This document shows, piece after piece, positions 35,361-45,522 of a DNA stretch of 64,000 nucleotides. A program made the translations under genes and the position numbers. Below the pieces are notes generated by a model that saw only the letters and a program-made list of their open reading frames with translations, did no database searches and was not told the origin of the DNA. This DNA comes from a virus (Duplodnaviria > Caudoviricetes): IMG/VR virus record IMGVR_UViG_2636415851_000001, positions 8,418-72,417 of that record; one strand, 5' to 3'. Numbering within the stretch: the stretch's first letter is position 1; every line of letters begins with the position of its first letter.

Positions 35361-35966
35361 ATGGCACCCCGGACGGAAAAGACGGCGCCGCCGAAAAAGT
35401 CGTCCACCCGCAAGCCGGCACCGAAGAAGCCGGTGGCCGAAAAGAAGCCGAAGGCTGAGAAGCCCCGCGACGATCTCGCTGGCGTGGTGATGTCGACGCA
35501 GGGCATGGCCGCCGTTCTCGGGGTCACCCCGCGATGGCTTCAATCGCTCGTGAAAGACGGAACCATCCCATCGCTGGGCAGAGGGCGGTTCGATCCGACC
35601 GCTGTGTTCCAGGCCTATGCCGCCTTCCTCAAGGAGGGCGTCACGAAGAAGACGGGCAACGAAAGCCTGGACGAGCTCCGCAAGGAAAAGGCCCTGACCG
35701 AGCGCCTCAACCGCGAGCGGAAGGACCGAACGCTGATCGAGCTCGACGAGGCTCTAGGCGTCATCGACGAGGTGACCGGTATGTTCGTTGCGTCCCTCAA
35801 CGGACTTCCGGCGCAGATCACGGGAGTGCCGCGGGAGCGGCAAAGGTTGAATGACATCTTCGATAGTGAGAGGCTCCGGCTCGCGGATCGTTTCGCCAAA
35901 AAGCGGGAAGCTCTTCGCTCGGGTAGAGAAGATCCTGACGCCGAGGCCGAGGACGACGCCGATTGA
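35361..35966 (+). CDS. terminase small subunit (Nu1-like)
   Basis: Winged HTH MAAVLGVTPRWLQSLVKDG...GRFD followed by a coiled coil; precedes terL. Confidence 0.85.
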   Translation: MAPRTEKTAPPKKSSTRKPAPKKPVAEKKPKAEKPRDDLAGVVMSTQGMAAVLGVTPRWLQSLVKDGTIPSLGRGRFDPTAVFQAYAAFLKEGVTKKTGNESLDELRKEKALTERLNRERKDRTLIELDEALGVIDEVTGMFVASLNGLPAQITGVPRERQRLNDIFDSERLRLADRFAKKREALRSGREDPDAEAEDDAD

Positions 35967-37920
35967 GTGGGCGAAAGCCGAGCGAGTTTATCCCGAAACA
36001 GCTGGCCATCCTGGTCCGCGCAACCCCTACAAGACGCCGTACATGGTGCCCTTCACGATGGCCGTGCATGGGCGCACCCACAAGCGCGTCGTCATGGTGG
36101 TGTCCGCGCAGTCAGGGAAATCGGAGTCCTTCCTCGACATCATCGGGGAACGGCTCGACACCGCACCGGTACCGACGCTCTATGTCGGGCCGTCGAAGCG
36201 GTTCATCACCGAGCAATGGGAGCCTCGCATCGACGAGCTCCTGACGACGACTGTCCTCGCCGATCGCATGGCCGCCAAGAGCCGGCAGACAAAGACGCGC
36301 AAGCTGGTCAACGGCGTGCCGCTTCGTCTGGCGCACGGCGGCTCCACCGGTGCCATGAAATCGGATCCGTTCGGCCTCGCGCTGACGGACGAGGCGGACG
36401 AGCTCATGAAGGAGCTGAAGGGCCAGGGTAACCCGGTCGGCCTGATCGACGCCCGCGGCGATACCTACGCGGATTTCGTGCACGCCATCACGTCAACGCC
36501 AAGTGAGGGGGCGACTGAGGTGGAGACGGATCCAGAGAGCGGCCTTGAGTTTTGGGCCGACAGCGACCCGGACGAGATCAAGTCGACCATCTGGCGGCTC
36601 TGGCTCACCGGCACCAGGTACCATTGGGCATGGCCGTGCCCACATTGCGGGACGTTCTTCATCCCGCGGTTTGCCTGCCTTGGGTGGGACAAGCCGAAAG
36701 ACGGCAAGGGGAGGGAGCTGCCATCCACCCCGATCATGGCAAAGAACACTGCGCACCTCATCTGTCCTGAAGGGTGCATCATCTACGAGCACGAAGCATC
36801 GCCCGACGGCGAGACGCTGACGAAGGAGTGGATGAACAACCGCGGCGTCTACGTCGCTCCCGGCCAGTCGATCGACCCCGATGGGACGGTCAACGGTCCT
36901 CCGCCTGAAGCAACCACCCTCAGCTATTGGGTGTCCGGCCTGTGCTCACCCTTCGTTTCGTGGGGTGAGAGAGCGCAGCGCTACGTCGAAGCTGTCCGGT
37001 CCGGCAACCCCGGTGACATCCAGACGGTGAAGAACCAGGGCTTCGGCGAGCTCTACACTCCCGGCGGCGGCAACGCTCCGGACTGGACGGAAGTCGAGAA
37101 GTGCGCAGACGACTACCAGATGGGCGATGTCCCTGAAGGTGCTCGTATCCTGACGCTCACCTGTGACGTCCAGAAGGACAGGCTGGTCTACACCATCCGC
37201 GGGTGGGGCGCCGGCGGCACCTCTTGGCTTGTCGAAGCGGCCGAGATCTACGGACCGACCGAGGAGCAGGAGGTGTGGGATACGCTCGCCAACGTGGTGA
37301 CGGATACCTACGACGGCATCCCGATCCGCCTAGCGCTGATCGACTCCGGCTTCCGCCCTGGCAAGAAGTTCGTGGTTCCGGAGCACCGGGTCTATGCCTT
37401 CGCGCGCCGGTTCCCGAACCTAGTCCGGGCGACCAAGGGCGCGTCAACCAGCATGCGCAAGCCGATCGTGGCCAACATGATCGACGTGCTCATCAACGGC
37501 AAGACGTACAAGAAGGGCCTCGAGCTGCTGCGGCTCGACACGGACTATTTCAAGTCGTGGGTGCAGCAGAAGATCCGGTGGGAGAAGGACGCCCCCGGCG
37601 CATGGTTCGTGCCGGAAGACGTTACCGAGGACTACTGCAAGCAGGTCGTTTCCGAAGTCCGGATCAAGTCGCCCGGCGGCAAGGTCAAGTGGGTAGCCAA
37701 GTCCAAGCTCAACCACTTCCTCGACTGTGAGGCCATGCAGGCTGCCGCTGCGATGATCCTCAACCTGGCAAAGCTGCGAGACGGTCCACCGGCAACGCGC
37801 CGGGCGGCCAGACCTGAAACCCCGCAACAGACCGATCCAGAGACGCCGCCGCGCCAGCCACCTCCAAAGAGGGGCGAACGCTCCGGCCTGTGGGGCGGTA
37901 AGAGAGAGAGCATCTGGTAA
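35851..37920 (+). CDS. terminase large subunit (lambda gpA family)
   Basis: TPYM, SAQSGKSE Walker A, LTDEAD Walker B, STP, PCPHCG, CDVQKDR, IDSG, NHFLDC. Confidence 0.95.
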   Translation: MTSSIVRGSGSRIVSPKSGKLFARVEKILTPRPRTTPIEWAKAERVYPETAGHPGPRNPYKTPYMVPFTMAVHGRTHKRVVMVVSAQSGKSESFLDIIGERLDTAPVPTLYVGPSKRFITEQWEPRIDELLTTTVLADRMAAKSRQTKTRKLVNGVPLRLAHGGSTGAMKSDPFGLALTDEADELMKELKGQGNPVGLIDARGDTYADFVHAITSTPSEGATEVETDPESGLEFWADSDPDEIKSTIWRLWLTGTRYHWAWPCPHCGTFFIPRFACLGWDKPKDGKGRELPSTPIMAKNTAHLICPEGCIIYEHEASPDGETLTKEWMNNRGVYVAPGQSIDPDGTVNGPPPEATTLSYWVSGLCSPFVSWGERAQRYVEAVRSGNPGDIQTVKNQGFGELYTPGGGNAPDWTEVEKCADDYQMGDVPEGARILTLTCDVQKDRLVYTIRGWGAGGTSWLVEAAEIYGPTEEQEVWDTLANVVTDTYDGIPIRLALIDSGFRPGKKFVVPEHRVYAFARRFPNLVRATKGASTSMRKPIVANMIDVLINGKTYKKGLELLRLDTDYFKSWVQQKIRWEKDAPGAWFVPEDVTEDYCKQVVSEVRIKSPGGKVKWVAKSKLNHFLDCEAMQAAAAMILNLAKLRDGPPATRRAARPETPQQTDPETPPRQPPPKRGERSGLWGGKRESIW

Positions 37921-38150
37921 TGGCCGAGATCGTCATCGAAACGCTGACCCTTGAGGAGAAGGTATCGCTCCTCAAGGACTTGAAGGAGGCCTACTTCTCA
38001 GGCGCGTCTCGTGTCCGGTTCCGGGAACGGGACGTCACCTACCGCTCTGCCGTCGAGATGAAGAAGATCATCGACCAGCTGGAGGGCAGCATTGTCATCC
38101 GGCCGAAAAGGCGGGTCATCCTTACGACGTTCGGTGGGGGGTACCGCTGA
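37920..38150 (+). CDS. head-tail joining protein (lambda gpW-like)
   Basis: SGASRVRFRERDVTYRS; between terL and portal. Confidence 0.85.
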   Translation: MAEIVIETLTLEEKVSLLKDLKEAYFSGASRVRFRERDVTYRSAVEMKKIIDQLEGSIVIRPKRRVILTTFGGGYR

Positions 38151-39736
38151 TGGCAAATCTTATCGACAGGGCCGTCGGTTACTTCAGCCCGAAGCGTGGC
38201 GCAGAGCGCGCCGCGCATCGTCGCCGGATGGAGATCCTACAAGGAGGGACACGCGGGTATGAAGGTGCATCGGTCGGCCGGCTTGCTGCGAACTGGTACT
38301 CTCAGGCGACTAGCGCGGACGCTGAAATCGGCCGTAGCGGCAAGACCCTTCGGAACCGATCGCGCGATGCTGTCCGCAATAATCCGCTCGCGAAGAAGAT
38401 CGTAAATGTCCACGCCAACCACATGGTCGGCTTCGGCATCACGCCTCGAGCCAAAGTCACTGGAGACAATGCTGACGGTGACAAGGCAAAGAAAGTCAAT
38501 GATCTCTTTGATGAATGGATCAAGGTCGCCTTCGTAGGCATGCAGACCGACTTCTATGGCGGCTGTAAGATCATGGCGAAGATGATGGTGCAGGACGGCG
38601 AGGTCTACGCCAGAAAGCGCCTTCGTCGACCTGAGGACGGGCTGCCGGTACCCCTCCAGATCGAGCTCCTCAATGCGGATCAATGCGATTGGGGGAAGGT
38701 CGGTGCAGTCGGGACCAACCCCGGCAACAAGGTCATCCAGGGCGTCGAGTTCGATGCGATCGGGCGTCGTCGCGGTTATTGGATGTTCCCCTACAACCCG
38801 TCGTCAAGCGTGTTCATGGTGGGTCCCTATGGCAGCAAGTTCGTGCCGGCCGAAGAAATCATTCACCTGTACGAGGCGGACGAGAACCAAGTGCACGGTG
38901 TGCCTTGGATGCACTCAGTCCTCACCGACCTCAAGGATCTGAAAGACTACATTCTGGCGGAGAACATCCGAAAGAAAGTCGAGTCCTGCATGGTGGGAAT
39001 GGTGATTCCCGGTGAGGACGAGAACCCCCTCGAGGATCCGAACGTCGGGCTGGAGGAGCCATCTCTACCGGTAGGCGAACGAAACCCTAAAGGCGCGTTG
39101 GTCACCGACGTCTATGGCTATCCGTTCGAGAGGATGGAGCCTGGGATGTTCGGCGTCCTGCACGGCGGCAAGGACATCAAGTTCAACACTCCGGCGATCT
39201 CGGCGGGGATAGAGGCCTACATCCGGACACGCCACCGCGACATCGCGGCCGGCGCGCTTCTGCCCTACGAGTTGCTGACAGGTGACTACAGCCAGGCGAA
39301 TTTCGCCTCCGGCAAGCTGGGGCTTCTGGAGTACAAGGGCTTCGTCGAGGGGATGCAGTGGCACACGCTGATCCCGAACTTCAATGTGATCTACTCCTGG
39401 TTTGTCGATACGGCAAAGGACGCCGGCAAGATCCCCCGCGATTGGGAGGTCAAGGCCGAGTGGACCCCGCCGGAGTTCGAGAGCATCACCCGCCTCGACG
39501 ACGCTCGCGCCGACCTTCTGGAAATGCGGATGGGCAAACGCACGCCGCAGGAAGTCATCGCGAGGACGGGCCGAAACCCGAGAACGGTTCTGGCCGAGTT
39601 CGACGAGTGGTTCACCGAAGTCGACAAGACGAAAAGCAAACTGATCTTCGACAGCGATCCCCGAAAGGTGTCCATCAACGGACAGCTGCAGGGCCCCTCT
39701 GCCGAAGGGAAGGAAAACGGAGAGGGCAATGCCTGA
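38150..39736 (+). CDS. portal protein (lambda family)
   Basis: YEGAS.GR, LRNRSRDAVRNNP, QGVEFDAIGRR.GYW, PYELLTGDYSQANFAS. Confidence 0.95.
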   Translation: MANLIDRAVGYFSPKRGAERAAHRRRMEILQGGTRGYEGASVGRLAANWYSQATSADAEIGRSGKTLRNRSRDAVRNNPLAKKIVNVHANHMVGFGITPRAKVTGDNADGDKAKKVNDLFDEWIKVAFVGMQTDFYGGCKIMAKMMVQDGEVYARKRLRRPEDGLPVPLQIELLNADQCDWGKVGAVGTNPGNKVIQGVEFDAIGRRRGYWMFPYNPSSSVFMVGPYGSKFVPAEEIIHLYEADENQVHGVPWMHSVLTDLKDLKDYILAENIRKKVESCMVGMVIPGEDENPLEDPNVGLEEPSLPVGERNPKGALVTDVYGYPFERMEPGMFGVLHGGKDIKFNTPAISAGIEAYIRTRHRDIAAGALLPYELLTGDYSQANFASGKLGLLEYKGFVEGMQWHTLIPNFNVIYSWFVDTAKDAGKIPRDWEVKAEWTPPEFESITRLDDARADLLEMRMGKRTPQEVIARTGRNPRTVLAEFDEWFTEVDKTKSKLIFDSDPRKVSINGQLQGPSAEGKENGEGNA

Positions 39737-41942
39737 GGCTATCCGAAAGGCTCTTGAGAAAGAGATCCGGATCCCGATGACGCTGAGAAGCGAGGTCGAG
39801 GTGCGGGCCGGTACTCTGGACGAGGACGACCGCTCGGTCGAAGTCTGCTGGACGACCGGCGCAGCAGTGAAGCGGTACTCCTATGATGAGGGGTACTACA
39901 TGGAAGAGCTCGTCGTGGACAAGAAGGCGATCCGCACGGACCGCTTCAACGCCATGTCTCTCCTCGACACCCATGAACGCTGGTCCATGGACTCGAGGTT
40001 GGGCACCGTTGTGCCAGGCACTCTCCGCATCGAAGGGGGGAAGGGGTACGCCCGCATCCGCTTTTCAAAGAAGCAGCGAGCCGAGGAGATCCTGCAGGAT
40101 CTGAGGGACGGGCACCCGCTCCCGATCTCGGTTGGCTACAAGATCCACCGGTACGAGAAAACCGAAGGGGCGGACGGAAAGCTGCCGACCCTGAGGGCAG
40201 TCGATTGGGAACCCATGGAGTTTTCCGCGGTCCCGATACCGGCAGATTCCGGAGCAACGTCACGGTCCGAGCCCAAGGGCGACGACATTCAAACCGTCCT
40301 GGTCCGGCAGGAAGCACCCAACGCAGCCGCGGCTGCAACAGACGAGGAACGACCGATGAATAAGCGCGATGCCGCGAAGACGTACAAGGGTGAACAGCTC
40401 GACGCTCTGGCCCTTGGTGTAGGCCTCTCCCGCAATGCGAACGAGACGGACGAAGCTCTGAGCAAGCGTCTTCTGGCTTTGTTCGATCAGCAGGACGAGC
40501 AGGCCCGCAAGGACGAGGAAGATGCGAAGAAGCGTGCCGATGCTGAGGACGCCGCTCGCCGCGCAGCTGACGACGAAGAAGCCCGGACCCGCGCGGCCGG
40601 CAACGGCTCGCAGCAGCAGGCCGCAGGCCTCAATGAGGCTGACGCGGCTCGCATCGCCCGTGCAGCCGTTGAAGCAGACCGGAAGCGTCAGAACGAGATC
40701 AAGGAATTGGCCCGTTCGGCTGGGATCAAGGACGATGACGAGACGGTCCGCAGGGCGATTGACGACAACATGAGCGTCGAAGACTTCCGGCGTGCGGCCT
40801 TCGACATCATGATCGCCCGCCAGAACCAGTCGCCGACCTTCCCGCATGTGGAGACTCGCGGAATGCAGGACGCCCAGGAAACCACCCGCAACATGGTGGC
40901 CAATGCAATCCTGCATCGCTCCGGCATCGTCGACAATCTAGAAGACGGCGCGCGTGAATGGCGTTCGATGGGCACCATGGACATTGTCAAGGAACTCCTG
41001 CGCATGCGCGGCGAGAGCACCCGTGGCAACATCCATGACGTGGCATCCCGCGCTCTGCACAGCACCAGTGACTTCCCGATCATTCTCGGGGACATCACCC
41101 GCCAGACCCTGCTGAATGCCTACGGTCGGTACGAGAACACGTTCCAGCTCTTCGCGACCCAGCAGCTCCTGTCGGACTTCCGTGAAACGAAGGTGCTCGA
41201 CATCGGTTCGGCTCCGGACCTGAAGCTGAAGAACGAGCACGGCGAGTTCGTTGCCGGCACCGTTCGCGAGTCGGAAGAGGGCATGAAGCTCCAGTCGTAT
41301 GGTCGCAAGATCGGGTTTACCCGTGAGATGCTGATCAACGACCAGCTGAACGCCTTCATGCAGATCGTCGCGAATTGGGGTCTGAAAGCAGCGAAGCTCG
41401 AAGGCGACGTCGTATGGGGCGCCATCATCGACAACGCCAAGCTGAAGGACGGCAAGGGCCTGTTCCATGCCGACCACAAGAACCTCGCCGCCGCCGGCTC
41501 TACGCTCGACATGGACGCCCTCAAGGCAGCTCGCCTTGCGTTCCGTCAGCAGAAGGATCTCGATGGCGAGTCCATCAATGTCACGCCGAAGTATCTCTTC
41601 ACCGGCGCTGACCTTGAGATCGCGGCTCAGACGCTGATCACCGGCATCACCGTGCCGACACAGATCGGCGATGTCGTGCCGCAGGCGATCCGCTCCCTGG
41701 TCCCGGTCTACGAGCATCGCCTCGACAAGATCACGCTTGCAGCGTGGTTCCTGTTCGCAGACGCCGCATCGACCATGGGCCGCGGCATCCACTACCTGCA
41801 CCTGCTCGGCGCGGAAACCCCGCGGACTAACGAGCGCATCGGCTTCGACGTCGAAGGTGTCGAGTACACGATCGCCCATGATTTCGGCGTCGGCCTGACT
41901 GACTACCGGTTCGCCTACAAGAACCCGGGCATCGCCAAGTAA
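39729..41942 (+). CDS. prohead protease-major capsid protein fusion
   Basis: N-terminal LLDTH, ISVGY, WEPMEFSAVPIPAD protease; scaffold-like linker; capsid HSTSDFP, GEF..GT, YGRK, LFHADHKNL. Confidence 0.92.
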   Translation: MPEAIRKALEKEIRIPMTLRSEVEVRAGTLDEDDRSVEVCWTTGAAVKRYSYDEGYYMEELVVDKKAIRTDRFNAMSLLDTHERWSMDSRLGTVVPGTLRIEGGKGYARIRFSKKQRAEEILQDLRDGHPLPISVGYKIHRYEKTEGADGKLPTLRAVDWEPMEFSAVPIPADSGATSRSEPKGDDIQTVLVRQEAPNAAAAATDEERPMNKRDAAKTYKGEQLDALALGVGLSRNANETDEALSKRLLALFDQQDEQARKDEEDAKKRADAEDAARRAADDEEARTRAAGNGSQQQAAGLNEADAARIARAAVEADRKRQNEIKELARSAGIKDDDETVRRAIDDNMSVEDFRRAAFDIMIARQNQSPTFPHVETRGMQDAQETTRNMVANAILHRSGIVDNLEDGAREWRSMGTMDIVKELLRMRGESTRGNIHDVASRALHSTSDFPIILGDITRQTLLNAYGRYENTFQLFATQQLLSDFRETKVLDIGSAPDLKLKNEHGEFVAGTVRESEEGMKLQSYGRKIGFTREMLINDQLNAFMQIVANWGLKAAKLEGDVVWGAIIDNAKLKDGKGLFHADHKNLAAAGSTLDMDALKAARLAFRQQKDLDGESINVTPKYLFTGADLEIAAQTLITGITVPTQIGDVVPQAIRSLVPVYEHRLDKITLAAWFLFADAASTMGRGIHYLHLLGAETPRTNERIGFDVEGVEYTIAHDFGVGLTDYRFAYKNPGIAK

Positions 41943-41968
41943 GCCCAGGCTGAAGGCCCAACCCCACC

Positions 41969-41995
41969 AAGCGCCGGCTAACCACCGGCGCTTTT
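41969..41995 (+). terminator. intrinsic terminator after the capsid gene
   Basis: AAGCGCCGG-N7-CCGGCGCTTTT. Confidence 0.7.
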
Positions 41996-42022
41996 CAATT
42001 CGCGAAAAACGGGAGATCCCCA

Positions 42023-42352
42023 ATGCGCAATTTCATTCAGCCGGGCAAGGTTCTGACCGCGGTCGCCCCCTCCGGCGGCGTTGTCAGTGGCCAGCTCGTA
42101 CAGGTTGGCCTCATCATCGGCGTGGCCGCCACGAGCGCTGCCGAAGGCGAGCAGTATGAGCTCGCGCTCGGCGAGGTCTACGAACTGCCGAAGGTCTCGG
42201 CTCAGGCGTGGACGATGGGTGCCGCCATCTACATGGATGCGACCGGCATCGCCACAACTGTTGCAACGGACAATACCAAGATCGGCGTCGCCGCTGCAGC
42301 CGCAGCCAACCCGTCGGGCTCTGGCCTGGTCCGTCTCAACGACAACTTCTAA
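42023..42352 (+). CDS. DUF2190 capsid decoration/cement protein
   Basis: MRNFIQPG..LT..AP.GGV.SG...GVA...G.VYELPK...VRLN. Confidence 0.85.
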   Translation: MRNFIQPGKVLTAVAPSGGVVSGQLVQVGLIIGVAATSAAEGEQYELALGEVYELPKVSAQAWTMGAAIYMDATGIATTVATDNTKIGVAAAAAANPSGSGLVRLNDNF

Positions 42353-42407
42353 CCGACTGTCGGCGGCCTGAAACACGGCTGCCGCAATCCCACAAGGAAC
42401 CACGCCA

Positions 42408-42641
42408 ATGACGACCAAGTACCGCGCCAAGATCGACACCATGATCGACGGCAAGCCGGTCCGTGAAGGCGCCGAGGTCAATGGCCTCTCCGAGGACAAG
42501 GCGAAGGGCTACCTGAAGGCCGGCCTGATCGAGGAAGACAAGCCTGCCGCCAAGGACAAGGACACCGAGAAGACCGACAAGGTTTTCGAGGACGCCGCCA
42601 AGCGCATCGACACAACGTCGGACAAGCGAACCGAGAAGTAA
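42408..42641 (+). CDS. hypothetical head-associated protein
   Basis: 77 aa with AAGGA SD. Confidence 0.7.
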   Translation: MTTKYRAKIDTMIDGKPVREGAEVNGLSEDKAKGYLKAGLIEEDKPAAKDKDTEKTDKVFEDAAKRIDTTSDKRTEK

Positions 42642-42653
42642 GGGTTCAATCCT

Positions 42654-43118
42654 ATGGCAATTTTCGACCGCCTTGACCGTCTGACGAGCAGGGCGGTCGA
42701 TACCGTCAACGCGATCCCGTTCACGTTCACCCCGATGAAGGGGACGCCGAACGGACGACCCGGGCCGGATCCTGACAGGGTGGCGCTGCCGCTTACAGTC
42801 GTGGTTGGCGGCGCTGAGGTTCCCGGCCCGATGCCGAGAGGGATCTTTGACTATGTCTCCACCGAGTACGGTATCCAGCTGGGTGTCCGAAAGTCCTACC
42901 GTGAAGCGAACGACCTCCGTGCGCTCCAGATTGGACGAGACCCGCAGCTGTCGATCGACCGGAAATACTGGCCGAGTGCAGATTGGGAGCCGAAGCAGGG
43001 CGACCTGATCTCCTTCCCGCTCAATCCCGACCTCCCTGAGTTTCAGGTGAGCTCGTCTCAACGCGATGGGCTGTCCCGGATGGTCCTGATGCTGATCACC
43101 ATAGGAGCGCAGGCATGA
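42654..43118 (+). CDS. putative head closure / head-tail joining protein
   Basis: Position; PKQGD...FQV....RDG C-terminal pattern. Confidence 0.65.
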   Translation: MAIFDRLDRLTSRAVDTVNAIPFTFTPMKGTPNGRPGPDPDRVALPLTVVVGGAEVPGPMPRGIFDYVSTEYGIQLGVRKSYREANDLRALQIGRDPQLSIDRKYWPSADWEPKQGDLISFPLNPDLPEFQVSSSQRDGLSRMVLMLITIGAQA

Positions 43119-43873
43119 GCTTGTACCGCCTCGTTTCGCGGCTCGCTGTCGTGTCCGCTCTCAACAATTACATGGCGGCGCCATGGCCCACGCTGGCCGG
43201 GCCCAACATCTTCGACTCCAAGATCGAGCCGGTCGAGGACATGGCGAAGGACCGGGCGTTCCCGTGCTGCGTCGTCTACACCGACTACGACAAGGACCAC
43301 TGGAGCAAGGCGCCCGCCGGCCACAAGTCGCGGATGATGACCGTGACGCTCGAGCTCCTGATCGTGCAGACGGCGCAGGACCAGTCCACCGCGGATCCCT
43401 ACAAGCTGGAATGCCCCTTCACCGACAGCGAGATCGAGACGTCGCTCGACATCTTCGAGACGCAGATCTTCCGCGCGCTGGGCGAGGGGACAGAGGCCTC
43501 CGACGCCTTCAACTACATCTGCCCGGGTGTCGAGAACGTCATCAGCCGGCGCGGCGCATCGATCGAAGGCGGCCAGCGGCTGGCTGCGCGCCAGATCACG
43601 CTGGAAATGAAGACGATACGGGAGAACATCCAAGGCACCATCCCGCCGCAGATCGCCGCTTTCCTCGACAGGGCCGAGCAGCATCCGGACTATGCCGACC
43701 GGATCATCGACATCCGGGCAGCAATGACCTCACCGGCCACCAAGACGCCGAACGAGCGCTACATGCAGGCCTTCGGCTACAGCCGCGATACATCGGCGAG
43801 GCTCGGGCGCCCGGTAGGGCCGCAGGTGATGCTGCCGGCAAACCTGACGTTCACGCTCAACACGGGAGGGTGA
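43115..43873 (+). CDS. putative tail terminator/neck protein
   Basis: Position; TLAGPNIFDS...PCCVVYTD pattern. Confidence 0.65.
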   Translation: MSLYRLVSRLAVVSALNNYMAAPWPTLAGPNIFDSKIEPVEDMAKDRAFPCCVVYTDYDKDHWSKAPAGHKSRMMTVTLELLIVQTAQDQSTADPYKLECPFTDSEIETSLDIFETQIFRALGEGTEASDAFNYICPGVENVISRRGASIEGGQRLAARQITLEMKTIRENIQGTIPPQIAAFLDRAEQHPDYADRIIDIRAAMTSPATKTPNERYMQAFGYSRDTSARLGRPVGPQVMLPANLTFTLNTGG

Positions 43874-43874
43874 C

Positions 43875-44468
43875 ATGACCTCCCGTGCAATGGCCGCATT
43901 CAATCGGCTGATCGAGCGGATACGGCGACTCGAGCAGGTGGTGTCCCGCCAGCAGACGCGGCTCAACAACGTCTTCCGCGAAGGGAGCGTCGTCGAGGTC
44001 GACCACGAGACCGGCCGCGCGATCGTCAACGCCCACGGTGTTCTGTCTCCCCTGGTGCCGTCCCTGCAGCAGGCGGGCGAGGTCAACCGGTGGACGCCGC
44101 TGTCGGTTGGCCAGCGAGTGGTGCTGTGTTGCCCGGGCGGCGACATCAGCCGCTCGTTCATCATGCCAGGCGGCTACACGGACGACGTCAAGCAGCCGCA
44201 CGACAAGGGTGCCGAGGAGCGCACGTCGATCGGTGAAGCCGTGATCACTCACACGGGTGAAGGCTTCTTCTTCTCGGTCGGCGGGGCCACCCTGAAATTC
44301 ACTAAAGAGGGTCTCTTCGTGGACGTCGACGGCGTCTCCTACAAGGTGACCGGCAACGGCGTCGAGCAGTTCGGCGGCGTGAAGGAACATGACGGCCTCA
44401 ACGTGGGAAGCACCCACGTCCATGGCGGCGTGGTCCCGGGGGGGGCAGACACCGTCGGGCCGCACTAG
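43875..44468 (+). CDS. baseplate central spike (P2 gpV-like)
   Basis: G.VVEVD...WTPLSVGQRV....PGGD OB-fold; C-terminal THVHGGV metal-binding tip. Confidence 0.9.
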   Translation: MTSRAMAAFNRLIERIRRLEQVVSRQQTRLNNVFREGSVVEVDHETGRAIVNAHGVLSPLVPSLQQAGEVNRWTPLSVGQRVVLCCPGGDISRSFIMPGGYTDDVKQPHDKGAEERTSIGEAVITHTGEGFFFSVGGATLKFTKEGLFVDVDGVSYKVTGNGVEQFGGVKEHDGLNVGSTHVHGGVVPGGADTVGPH

Positions 44469-44480
44469 AGGTAAATCGAA

Positions 44481-44831
44481 ATGGCAGATCTCTCCCGCAA
44501 ACTGCGGAGACCGACGACGAACCACCTGATGTTCTGGTGCCCCGGTTGTGACGGCGCGCACCAGATACGGGTGGGGGAAGGCGATGGCCCCGGATGGTCC
44601 TGGAACGGAGACCCTGAAAGGCCGACCTTCCGACCTTCGATACTGGTGCAGGGCCACGAACCCCTGACCGACGAGGAACACGAAGCGATCATGAGCGGGA
44701 AGGTCAACGGCGTGCAAACCCGCCGGATCGTCTGCCACTCGTTCGTCACCGACGGGAAGATCCAGTTCCTCAACGACTGCACCCACGAGCTCGCCGGCCA
44801 GACCGTGGATCTGCCGGACTTCGAGTCCTGA
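44481..44831 (+). CDS. DUF6527-like Cys/His protein
   Basis: FWCPGC...H...WSWNGD...PTFRPSIL...CHSFVTDGKIQFL.DCTH.LAGQTV.LP. Confidence 0.7.
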   Translation: MADLSRKLRRPTTNHLMFWCPGCDGAHQIRVGEGDGPGWSWNGDPERPTFRPSILVQGHEPLTDEEHEAIMSGKVNGVQTRRIVCHSFVTDGKIQFLNDCTHELAGQTVDLPDFES

Positions 44832-44851
44832 AGCCACGAAAGGAAACCACC

Positions 44852-45082
44852 ATGAAGAAGTCTTACGTCGCCAATGTCACCGGCTGGATCAACGGGGCCC
44901 ACCGCATCAAGGGCCGGTCAGTCGGCGAGCTGACCGACGACGAGGCCAAGTACCTCGTTCAGTCCGGGCAGATCATCGAGAAGGAGGCCGCCGAGAAGGC
45001 GAAGGCCGAACGGAAGGCGGAGCCTGACCCGGCAACGCTCGACATGAAGACCGGCAACGGGAAGGTGGAAAGGACTCGCTGA
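44852..45082 (+). CDS. hypothetical protein
   Basis: 76 aa with AAGGA SD. Confidence 0.65.
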   Translation: MKKSYVANVTGWINGAHRIKGRSVGELTDDEAKYLVQSGQIIEKEAAEKAKAERKAEPDPATLDMKTGNGKVERTR

Positions 45083-45504
45083 TGACGAGGGTAGGCCTAG
45101 ACAAGCAGACAGGCCGCCCTCTTCTCGGATGGGCGCACTGCGTCCAGAGCATTTCCACCATCATCTCCACCGAGCTCAATGAGCGCGTCCAGCGCCGTGG
45201 GTTCGGTGGGCGCCTCATGCGCCTGATCGACAGGCCGCAGAACGAAGAGACCATCATCGACATCTACGTCAGCGTGGCCGAGGCGCTTGAGCCGCGGAAG
45301 GTGGAAGGCCGCGAGTACGGCGAGCCCGGCTTCGTTCTCCTGAGGACCAGCCTCGACGCTGGTACGCCAGGTCGCCTCCTCCTTCTGGTCAGCGGGGTGT
45401 TCTTCGAGAACGGCCACCTGGGCGACTACAGCAACCCGAAGCTGACGGAGGTCGCCTTCGCTATCACGGAGAATGATGGGCAGATCGCTCTCGCTCCAAC
45501 ATAA
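45082..45504 (+). CDS. baseplate wedge protein (P2 gpW/gp25-like)
   Basis: GLDKQTG..L.GWAH..QSI..I.ST...ERV.RR.FG..L..LID.P. Confidence 0.88.
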   Translation: MTRVGLDKQTGRPLLGWAHCVQSISTIISTELNERVQRRGFGGRLMRLIDRPQNEETIIDIYVSVAEALEPRKVEGREYGEPGFVLLRTSLDAGTPGRLLLLVSGVFFENGHLGDYSNPKLTEVAFAITENDGQIALAPT

Positions 45505-45522
45505 CCCTGAAAGGAACGAGCG

